DNA of 64,000 nucleotides from an uncultured archaeon (GTDB lineage Archaea; Micrarchaeota; Micrarchaeia; Anstonellales; Anstonellaceae): NCBI GenBank assembly GCA_902384555.1, contig CABMCD010000027.1, positions 25,067 to 89,066 of the forward strand, read 5' to 3'. Shown piece by piece: positions 56,937 to 64,000 of this stretch (position 1 is its first letter; each line of letters starts with the position of its first letter). The notes under the pieces were generated by a model. It saw only the letters and a program-made list of their open reading frames with translations, ran no database searches and was not told where the DNA came from. The position numbers and the translations under genes were made by a program.

Positions 56937-57461
56937 TCACGCGAGCTTGGACGGCAGCGGCTTGTCCCCCTTCTTCCAATCGGCCGGGCAGAGCGCGCCG
57001 GTCTTGAGCGCCTGCAGCACGCGCAAAAGCTCGGCGACCGAGCGGCCCACGTCCATGTCCGACACCACGACGTAGCGGACGACGCCCAAGGGGTCGATGA
57101 TGAAGGCCGCGCGCTGGGCCACGTCCTCGCCCTCGACCAGCACGCCGTAGTCGGATGAGATGCGGTGCGTGGAGTCGGCCAGCAGCGGAAACTTGACTTC
57201 GGGAAGCTCTTCGCGCAGCCAACGCTGGTGCGTCCGCACGTCGTCGGTGGAGATGGCGAGGATGCGGGCGCCCTCGGCCTCGAATTCGCCGGCCCGAAGG
57301 GCCAGGGCGCGCAGCTCGGTGGGGCACACTTTGGTGAAGTCTTTGGGGTAGAAGAAGAGCAGGGTCCAGAATCCGGCCACGCGGCTGGAAGACAATTCGA
57401 AAATTTCATCCTCTTGACAGGCCATGGCGCTGAAATGCGGGGCCTTTTTTCCTACGAGCAT
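56937..57461 (-). CDS. peroxiredoxin (typical 2-Cys AhpC/Prx1 type)
   Basis: FFYPKDFTKVCPTEL peroxidatic Cys motif and C-terminal resolving Cys (GALCPADW). Start at MLVGKKAP. Confidence 0.8.
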   Translation of the reverse strand: MLVGKKAPHFSAMACQEDEIFELSSSRVAGFWTLLFFYPKDFTKVCPTELRALALRAGEFEAEGARILAISTDDVRTHQRWLREELPEVKFPLLADSTHRISSDYGVLVEGEDVAQRAAFIIDPLGVVRYVVVSDMDVGRSVAELLRVLQALKTGALCPADWKKGDKPLPSKLA

Positions 57462-57567
57462 GCGACCACCGCATGGAAGAGGGAGGAACAGGATAAAAGA
57501 CCGGGGGGTGCCGGGCGGGGGCGGCCCGGAAGGTTTGGGATAAAAAGATTGACCTTTTGATAGCGGC

Positions 57568-58728
57568 GTGGAATTCAACCGGGGTTGGCTGGCATGGGCT
57601 TTGCTGGCGGCGGCCGTGCTGGCCGGGGCCGGCCTTTTCCTGATGGAAGGCGCCCAATACCAGCAGCTGCAAAGCAGATATGACGCGCTCAACCAAAGCT
57701 ATGGGCAGGACCAAACCCTGTGGAACCAGCAGCGCGAGCAGTTGCGCGCGCAGATGGCGGATTTGCAGCTGAACGTGGCCGGCTTGCAGCAGCAGCTGGC
57801 GCAGGTGAGCGTGGAGCGGGACACGCAGGCGCAGGCCCTCAATGCGACGCGCGCGCAGCTGGGCCTGACGCAGGCGCAGCTGGGGGAGAGCCAGCAGGCG
57901 CTGGCCAACCAGACGCAGACGGTACAAAGCCTGCGCTCAGATTTCAGCCGCCTGCAGTCGGACTTGAGCGACTCGCTGGCCTGGTTCAAGGACAACTCCG
58001 TATTGCCCATGAGCAATCCCCGCGCCTCGATTCTGGCGGACCGCGTGATGGAGGACTGCGTGGATGGAAACGAGCTGAATTTGCCCTGCGTCAATTACGT
58101 GCTGGGACGGACGGCCACCATCCACTACCGCATCGACACCGACAATGAGAGCCGGCCCGTCAACCATTTCCAGGGCATCAACGGCACCTTCGACGCGGGC
58201 GGCGGGGACTGCAAGGACTATTCGCTCCTGCTCAAGGCCGTCATCAATACGGCCAATGCGCGCCGGCCGGGCCTGCACCTTATTGCCTTCCAGCCCGGCG
58301 TGGGAGATTTCAGAGTGTATCCCAAATTGAGCTTGGGGCACGTGGACCAGTATTATTACTATTCGAGCTCCGAGCCGGTCGATTTGGGCGCCATGGACAA
58401 CAATACGCACGTGTGGGTGATTTGCTTCCCCTACGGGGTGCAGGGCCACTGCACCGTGGCGGTGGGCGGAAAAGCAGGCACCAATGGCGCGCCGCCGGAT
58501 TTGAGCGGCGCGCGGGTGTTCGAGCCGCAGGACGGCGGATACATGGGCCGGGTGGGGCGGGAATTCTCAGTGTGCGACCCAAGCCGGCAGACCAACTGCT
58601 GGAGCCTCTACGCCACCATCCTGCTCATCATCGGAGACAACGATTTGTACACCGTGCAGGGGAACAAGTGGAACGGATACGGCTATTTGCTGACCGAGCT
58701 GGAGAGCCGGGCGGTTCCGGCATCTTAA
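57568..58728 (+). CDS. membrane-anchored protein with Gln-rich coiled coil and transglutaminase-like cysteine-protease core
   Basis: N-terminal TM helix, ~100 aa Q/L-rich heptad region, then GGGDCKDYSLLLKAV (transglutaminase-like Cys motif) with downstream His/Asp candidates. Confidence 0.55.
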   Translation: MEFNRGWLAWALLAAAVLAGAGLFLMEGAQYQQLQSRYDALNQSYGQDQTLWNQQREQLRAQMADLQLNVAGLQQQLAQVSVERDTQAQALNATRAQLGLTQAQLGESQQALANQTQTVQSLRSDFSRLQSDLSDSLAWFKDNSVLPMSNPRASILADRVMEDCVDGNELNLPCVNYVLGRTATIHYRIDTDNESRPVNHFQGINGTFDAGGGDCKDYSLLLKAVINTANARRPGLHLIAFQPGVGDFRVYPKLSLGHVDQYYYYSSSEPVDLGAMDNNTHVWVICFPYGVQGHCTVAVGGKAGTNGAPPDLSGARVFEPQDGGYMGRVGREFSVCDPSRQTNCWSLYATILLIIGDNDLYTVQGNKWNGYGYLLTELESRAVPAS

Positions 58729-58764
58729 AATAGGTGCTGATTGCAATAATTTACGGTGATATTC

Positions 58765-58899
58765 GTGAGAAAAGCCGGTTCATCCAAGCGCAATTTGTCC
58801 CGCAAGGCCGTGGCCCGCGGCAAAGCGAAGGCCAAGAAGGCCCGCGGCAAAGCCCAGAGCATGCGCGACAAGTGCGGCTGCGACTGCAAGTGCATGTAA
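58765..58899 (+). CDS. candidate small basic peptide ending in CGCDCKCM
   Basis: GTG-initiated ~44-codon frame (..RKAGSSKRNLSRKAVARGKAKAKKARGKAQSMRDKCGCDCKCM*) in a 227-bp convergent intergenic region. Strong T-tract immediately after the stop. Speculative. Confidence 0.25.
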   Translation: MRKAGSSKRNLSRKAVARGKAKAKKARGKAQSMRDKCGCDCKCM

Positions 58900-58955
58900 G
58901 AAAAAATTCTTTTTCCAATTTTTCAATTTCTGTTTTTTGTTGAATCCGACCTTGT

Positions 58956-61268
58956 CTATTTTCTAGCCGCCTCCAATCCCCTTCGGGCGAATTTGAGCGC
59001 CTCCTCCTTGTCGAGGTAATTGTTGTTGTTTCCGCACTGGGGGGAGAAGATGCAGGAGGGGCAGCCCTTTTTGCAGCCGCAGGTGCGCAGGCGCTCCTCG
59101 GTCATCGAGATGCACTCGCCATAGCGGGAGAAGACGATTTCGCTCACCCCCGAGCCGCCGGCGCTGCCCTCGTAGTAGAAGATGCGCCCTTCAGGGTTGG
59201 AGAGGCCGCCGATTTCGGACCCGTCGGCGCCGGTGAGGGCCGGCATCATGGCAATCGAGACGTGCTCGAGCGCATGAAGCCCTTCGGCATCGGAGAGCGA
59301 GCCGGAGGAGAATTCGCTCCAGTCGGTCCAGAGCGCGTGGGTGTCGAACTCGTATACCAATGGTTCGTCCAGCTCCTTGCGCGAGAGCGTTTGGCCCGAA
59401 TAGCTGTCCTTGCGCACATAGCCGTGCACTTCATTCACGATGTGCACCTTGCCGCGCGAGAGGGGAATGGAGCCCCAGGAGCCCTCTTCCTCCACGTCGA
59501 GGATTTGGGCGCGCTTGGTGCGCAGGGCTTGGGTGTAGATGGAATCGGCGTCGCGGATGAGCTCCAGGCGCGCCACGCCCTCGTCCGGGTCAATGCCGAG
59601 GCTGGAATAGCGCCGGCCGCCGATGAGGTAGATGGCGCCCGGATAGAGTTCGCCAATCGCCAAGGCATATTCGCGCTCGCCCAAGAGGCGGGAGGTGGAG
59701 GCGTCGAGCAGGCGGATGCGCTCGCCCGCGCTTCGAAGCGAGAGGGTGCGGGCCTTTTTGGTGCCCTCGGCACTGGGCACGATGGAATCGCCGAATTTGC
59801 GCAGGAAATTCTCCTCTATCAGCTCGCGCACGAGGGGCGCATCCCCTTCCTTCAAATCGTCTTCTTCCAGAGGCCAGTCTCTTGCGGCCGAGAGCAGGTG
59901 CCATTTGCGGATGTGCGGATTGTCGGGCTTGGCATGGCAGGATTCGGGCAAACCGTTGAGATAGGTTTTGGGGTTGGCGGCGTAATATTGGTCAAGAGGA
60001 TTGGGGCGGGCGATGAGGATGGCATAGGAATCCTGGCCTTTTCGGCCCACTCGCCCAATGCGCTGGCGCAGGCGGGTGATGGTGCCCGGAAAGCCCGCGA
60101 GGATGGCCACGTCGGCATTTCCGACATCCATGCCCAATTCGAGGGCCGAGGTGGCGGCCAGCATCTTGATGCGGCTGGAATGGAAGGCCGATTCGAGCGT
60201 GCGCCGCTCGTCGGAAGGAAGGCCGGAGCGGTAGACGGCTAAGGGCAGGCCCATGCGCTCGCCGACCATGCCCAAGCGTTCCACCATGTTGTGCGAGTTG
60301 CCAAAAATGATGGTTTTTTTGTCCATTTCTTTGGCGATGCGCAGGCATTGGGTGACCACGCTCTCCTCGCCCTCAGACACCACGGCATGGTGGATTTGGC
60401 CTCTTGGGGAGCCGTCGCCCTTGATGAGGCGCAGCGAGTCGAGGGGCAGGCCGGTGAGCTTGGCGGCGAATTCGAGCGGGTTGCCGACCGTGGCCGAGGA
60501 GCAGATGAATTGCACCGGCGGGAGGGATTTGGGGGGAGCGGGAGTTGAATCTTCGGGGATGGGGGAGCCGAAGAGGTCGAATTGGGAGCCGGGCGCGAGT
60601 TGGGGGCCGCCATCCTCTTTTTCCTTTTTTGCTCTTTCTTTTTCGGCTTCCTCTTTTTCGAATTCTTCCTTCACTTTCTGCGCGGTCCTCTGTTTTTCCA
60701 ATACGCGGCGCAGGCGCCACACCACATTGGCCACGTGCGAGCCAACCGTGCCGGAATAGGCGTGCATTTCATCGATTACGACATATTGCAGGCGGGCGAA
60801 GAAGGGGGCCCAGATGCGGGGATAGAGGAGCATGAAGTGCAGCATGTCGAAATTGGTGATGATGACGTGCGGGAAATCCTTGCGGACTTTTTGTCTTTGG
60901 CTTTCAATCACGTCGCCGTCATAGACGGCCGAGCGCACGCCAAGGAGGTTGAATTCCCTAATGCGGTTCCACTGGTCTCTTGAGAGGGCTTTGGTGGGGA
61001 AAATGAGCAGCGAGCAGCGGTTTTGCAGGGCGGCCTCGACCACCGGCACCATGTAGCATTCGGTTTTTCCGGCCGCAGTGGGGGCCATGAGCACGATGGA
61101 TTTGCCGTCCCGGATGGTTTGGATGGCCTGCGCCTGATGGGAGTAGAATTTCTGGATGCCCCGCTCGTGCAATACCTCGCGCAGGGGCTTGGCGAGGGGC
61201 ACCTCGTCCGCATACTGGGCCGGATGGGGAGGCTCGATAATCCAGTTTGGAGAAAAGGATTCGCTCAT
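58956..61268 (-). CDS. DExH-box helicase with C-terminal DUF1998 zinc-binding domain (MrfA/YprA-like)
   Basis: Motif I MAPTAAGKT, motif II VIDEMH, SAT, motif VI QRIGRVGRKG. C-terminal CGCKKGCPSC...SPQC four-Cys module. Lys/Glu-rich insertion (KVKEEFEKEEAEKERAKKEKED) between the RecA-like lobes. Confidence 0.85.
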   Translation of the reverse strand: MSESFSPNWIIEPPHPAQYADEVPLAKPLREVLHERGIQKFYSHQAQAIQTIRDGKSIVLMAPTAAGKTECYMVPVVEAALQNRCSLLIFPTKALSRDQWNRIREFNLLGVRSAVYDGDVIESQRQKVRKDFPHVIITNFDMLHFMLLYPRIWAPFFARLQYVVIDEMHAYSGTVGSHVANVVWRLRRVLEKQRTAQKVKEEFEKEEAEKERAKKEKEDGGPQLAPGSQFDLFGSPIPEDSTPAPPKSLPPVQFICSSATVGNPLEFAAKLTGLPLDSLRLIKGDGSPRGQIHHAVVSEGEESVVTQCLRIAKEMDKKTIIFGNSHNMVERLGMVGERMGLPLAVYRSGLPSDERRTLESAFHSSRIKMLAATSALELGMDVGNADVAILAGFPGTITRLRQRIGRVGRKGQDSYAILIARPNPLDQYYAANPKTYLNGLPESCHAKPDNPHIRKWHLLSAARDWPLEEDDLKEGDAPLVRELIEENFLRKFGDSIVPSAEGTKKARTLSLRSAGERIRLLDASTSRLLGEREYALAIGELYPGAIYLIGGRRYSSLGIDPDEGVARLELIRDADSIYTQALRTKRAQILDVEEEGSWGSIPLSRGKVHIVNEVHGYVRKDSYSGQTLSRKELDEPLVYEFDTHALWTDWSEFSSGSLSDAEGLHALEHVSIAMMPALTGADGSEIGGLSNPEGRIFYYEGSAGGSGVSEIVFSRYGECISMTEERLRTCGCKKGCPSCIFSPQCGNNNNYLDKEEALKFARRGLEAARK

Positions 61269-61364
61269 TGGGAAATGGGAGGGAGAGGAAGTTTATAGAA
61301 GAGGAGGATGGTGCGTTTCCGGCCCAAAAAATGAAAGAAAGAAGGAAAAGAAGGCGCTGTGGGC

Positions 61365-61919
61365 TTAGGCCTTGTCGCCGGGCCGGAAGAACTCGTTTTG
61401 GGGCACCTTCTTGGGCTTGACGAGTCGGTTGAGGCGGGTGGCGAGGTTGTCGGAATACTCGTTGCTGTCCTGAATCTGGTCGCCGCTCTTGGAGGACAGC
61501 TTGGCCGCCTGACTGGTCTGCTTGGCGATGTTGGAGATGTTTTCGTTGAGGATGCGGGATTGCAGTTCGGAATATTGGGCGAACTGGTAGAGTTCTTCTC
61601 TTGTGATGCCGAGTTCGTCCAAGAACTTGCTGATTTGGTCGACTTTCAGCTGGGCGGCATTGATGGCATTCTGGTCGTTGCCTTTCTTGGCCAAGGCCAG
61701 AGCGGATTGGGCGGACTGGTCGAGGTTCCGAATGGCGACGGAGAACTCTGGATTAGACATCTTTGAGAGGTCGAGGCCCAGTTCCTTGCCGTGCTGCACA
61801 ATGGTTGGATTTTGCCGGGCCTGGTCAATACTTTCAGCAACTTGTTCGCGAGTTCTTTTTTTCGCACTCGCTTGGATTTGCCCTGGAGAAATCTGGAAGA
61901 CCAGCATGGAAATCCTCAC
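61365..61919 (-). CDS. Gln/Asn/Ser-rich hypothetical protein
   Basis: ATGA overlap with the upstream Tat-protein gene. Lower-GC coding sequence and helical/coiled composition. No motif. Confidence 0.45.
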   Translation of the reverse strand: MRISMLVFQISPGQIQASAKKRTREQVAESIDQARQNPTIVQHGKELGLDLSKMSNPEFSVAIRNLDQSAQSALALAKKGNDQNAINAAQLKVDQISKFLDELGITREELYQFAQYSELQSRILNENISNIAKQTSQAAKLSSKSGDQIQDSNEYSDNLATRLNRLVKPKKVPQNEFFRPGDKA

Positions 61920-62881
61920 TTGGTTGCAACTAAACCAGTAATGGTAGAGATGACGTGTATTTTGGAGAAGCCTTCAGCCCGGATTTGAATGTCGGGACCC
62001 TGTTCGGAAAGCGTAATCTGGCCCGGCGACTTTCCGTTCTCGAGGCGATTGGAGATTTCGGAGATAGTTGTATCAAGAGAGAAATCCGAAACTGATGACT
62101 CGATGTAAATCTGCTCCCGCCCGGCAACAATGGCGAAGAAACCGGTGGAAGTCACGATGGCGGGGTCATCGGCCCGAACAGTTTCATTAAGATTGAACTT
62201 GAACACGGCGTTTTGAGGGTTAGAACTGCCGATATCCGAAGGCAGAACTAAAACAAGGCCACCCTTGGCACCTATGACGGGAATGTAGAGGGATATCGTT
62301 TTTTTGTCAGGAGACGAGACAGCCAGAAGGCGAGTATTTTCGCTGAAACCGGAAACTCCCAAGGAGCTCAAGGTCTTTGAAACATCAATATATTTGAGTT
62401 CGCCGTCTGGAGGTTGGATAAAAATTATCGTGCCATCGTGGCCTTGGAGCGGGTCTCGAATTCCAATTGAGACAGTAAGTCCACTCAATCGGACCTGTAT
62501 TGCACCCTTACCATTTGGCGTCCCGACGGCCGTTTCGCACGAACCGCTCGCCAGAGCCGGAGAGGGCTCAGGGGCCGGCATGTTGGCCGCAATAGAAGAC
62601 TTCTCGTCCCCGGCCATGGCCAGCAGGATTTTGGGGGCCACCACCGCGCCGATTCCGGCTGCGACGGCAGTTCGGAGGAAGTTGCGCCGGCCGCGGCCCG
62701 CGGAGCCGAGTTCGTCGCTCTTTTGGATGGGCGTATTCTTCTCGATGTCGAGCGGAAGCTTGGTGGCCCTAAGGAACGTGCGCTCGGGAACCGTGTTCCC
62801 CGTAATCTCCGCGCTCTTCTTGGTTTTTGGGATTTTTGGAACCATGCCGCTCATAGCCATCCCCTCGATAAACTTATGCAT
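61916..62881 (-). CDS. Tat-signal secreted hypothetical protein
   Basis: SAGRGRRNFLRTAVAAGIGAVVAPKILLAMA twin-arginine motif plus h-region (start codon uncertain). Beta-rich mature domain. Confidence 0.5.
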   Translation of the reverse strand: MHKFIEGMAMSGMVPKIPKTKKSAEITGNTVPERTFLRATKLPLDIEKNTPIQKSDELGSAGRGRRNFLRTAVAAGIGAVVAPKILLAMAGDEKSSIAANMPAPEPSPALASGSCETAVGTPNGKGAIQVRLSGLTVSIGIRDPLQGHDGTIIFIQPPDGELKYIDVSKTLSSLGVSGFSENTRLLAVSSPDKKTISLYIPVIGAKGGLVLVLPSDIGSSNPQNAVFKFNLNETVRADDPAIVTSTGFFAIVAGREQIYIESSVSDFSLDTTISEISNRLENGKSPGQITLSEQGPDIQIRAEGFSKIHVISTITGLVATK

Positions 62882-63383
62882 AAGGTTAATAATAACCCTT
62901 TCGGCTCCGACGTGAAATGCCCCGCCCGTAGCGCTCCAGAACCTGCTGCAGCGTGTAGCGCTTGTGCTGCTGCAAAACCACGAATTTTCGGAATTGGCGG
63001 GACAGGTGCCTCAGCTGGCGGCGCTCGACGGTGGTGAACAGCAGCAGGCGCAGGTAGGCCCGCCAGCTGCGGCGGTGGTAGGGCTTGCCCCGCCGGCCCC
63101 GCCATTTGCGGATGTGGCGGTAGCGGAAGCGGCCCCGAATGTAGGATTTGGCCGAAACCCTGCCGGCAAAGGATTTGCTGCCCGGCAGCCCGGAAGAAGA
63201 GAGCCGGGCGGAAAGCGGCATGACGGGCGTGGAGGCCGTCTTTTCAGGGTTGGGCGCCTCGCTTTCGACCGACCGGGCTTCAGTTGAAGAAACGGCCTTT
63301 TCTTCCTGCACCGCGGACGGGACGGGATTGGATGGGGCTTGAGGCTTGGAATCCGCAAGAGGCTCGGATGAGAGGGGTTTTGG

Positions 63384-63893
63384 CTAGGAGAGTGGGATTT
63401 GGGGCGCTTCGGCCGACTGGGCGCGGGTTTGGGGAGTTTGGCGCGGAACTGAAGTGAGAACCTCGGTTTCGGCCGGCAGAACAAAGGAAAGCGAAAGAGA
63501 GCCGGATTCCAAGGCGCGCGGGACGGGAAGGGGCAGGCGGGCAAAAAGGCGGGGGGTGGAGGAGCGCCGGCCGCCAAAGGACGTGGTCAGGACGGGCTCG
63601 AGGTTGGGAACAGGCGATTCGGCCGCATCACGGCGAGGAGGGCGGAGGATGAGGGAGGCGGGGTTTGACGTGGAGACGGCCAACGGCGGGAGAAGGGGCT
63701 TGGAATTGGTTTTCGGACGATGCCCGCCGAAGGACGAGGGCCGGCTTTCGCGCGCCAGAGGGGAGCCGCGCATCAAATCCGAAGAATTCGTGCGCTCGAG
63801 CTGGAGCTTGAGCAGGGCCAGATAGACGGCGCTGACCAGCGTGCGCTGGGCCGGAATGGGCAGTACCTTGTTTGACCTGGGGATACGTTCCAT
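63384..63893 (-). CDS. hypothetical protein with Ser/Pro/Arg-rich disordered tail
   Basis: GGAG 7 nt upstream of the ATG at 63893. Ordered N-terminal ~45 aa (MERIPRSNKVLPIPAQRTLVSAVYLALLKLQLER) then low complexity. Ends at TAG 63384. Confidence 0.4.
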   Translation of the reverse strand: MERIPRSNKVLPIPAQRTLVSAVYLALLKLQLERTNSSDLMRGSPLARESRPSSFGGHRPKTNSKPLLPPLAVSTSNPASLILRPPRRDAAESPVPNLEPVLTTSFGGRRSSTPRLFARLPLPVPRALESGSLSLSFVLPAETEVLTSVPRQTPQTRAQSAEAPQIPLS

Positions 63894-63903
63894 GACGAAT
63901 CTC

Positions 63904-64000
63904 CTAATCGCTCACTTGGATAAAGGAAAGCATGTCCCCTTCCGCTTTATCCAGCGTGGCGAAACCGAACCGCTCGAACTGAACCGTGGTCCCCGGCGCC
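63904..64000 (-). CDS. 3' end of a gene extending beyond the window (partial)
   Basis: Minus-strand frame ...APGTTVQFERFGFATLDKAEGDMLSFIQVSD* with the stop at 63904-63906. Confidence 0.4.
   Translation of the reverse strand, partial: APGTTVQFERFGFATLDKAEGDMLSFIQVSD

Noticed and set aside
63384-63386. TAG as pyrrolysine or read-through joining two ORFs
   Set aside because: TAG terminates well-defined genes elsewhere in the window, and no Pyl-system signature is evident. Kept only as a low-interest pseudogene possibility.
1-64000. CRISPR arrays, rRNA genes, IS elements or integrases
   Set aside because: No short direct repeats with spacers, no rRNA-like conserved stretches, and no transposase or integrase motifs seen in any frame.

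Overview
High-GC (~65%) window, almost fully coding. It is archaeal: there is a 20S proteasome beta subunit with a TTTVGL N-terminus, an aCPSF1/FttA-type KH + beta-CASP nuclease, class III (archaeal pilin-type) signal peptides, an intron-containing tRNA with a T-tract terminator, a geranylgeranyl reductase, and BRE/TATA-like AT islands ahead of genes. The shikimate pathway, however, is bacterial-type.

Ordinary content:
- A 12-kb plus-strand aromatic amino acid super-operon, trpE-trpG-trpD-trpCB(fusion)-trpA-DAHP synthase-aroB-aroDEK(triple fusion)-aroA-aroC.
- A serine module (class V aminotransferase, SerA-like dehydrogenase, SerRS) plus dPGM.
- Transporters, redox enzymes (TrxB, Tpx, Prx), MetRS, a UbiB-like kinase and two tRNAs.

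Unusual content:
- A 2478-aa giant multidomain protein (25706..33142) with a hydrophobic hairpin, internal repeats, a caspase-like His/Cys dyad, coiled coil and a GHKL/histidine-kinase-type ATPase module. It is translationally coupled to a small ORF and convergent with an ADP-ribosylglycohydrolase.
- A tandem pair of pilin-like class III signal peptide proteins. The second (about 1412 aa) is extraordinarily cysteine-rich, with dozens of Cys-Cys dipeptides, a repeated CCPxPNNTxYC module and many N-glycosylation sequons.
- A surface protein with a Bacteroidota T9SS-like C-terminal sorting domain and an AT-rich internal segment.
- A lipoprotein with a caspase-like motif.
- A low-GC islet carrying a Tat protein, a Q/N-rich protein and a DExH helicase with a DUF1998 zinc domain.

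Many long antisense ORFs in the track are GC-composition artefacts. I call no CRISPR arrays, rRNA or transposases.
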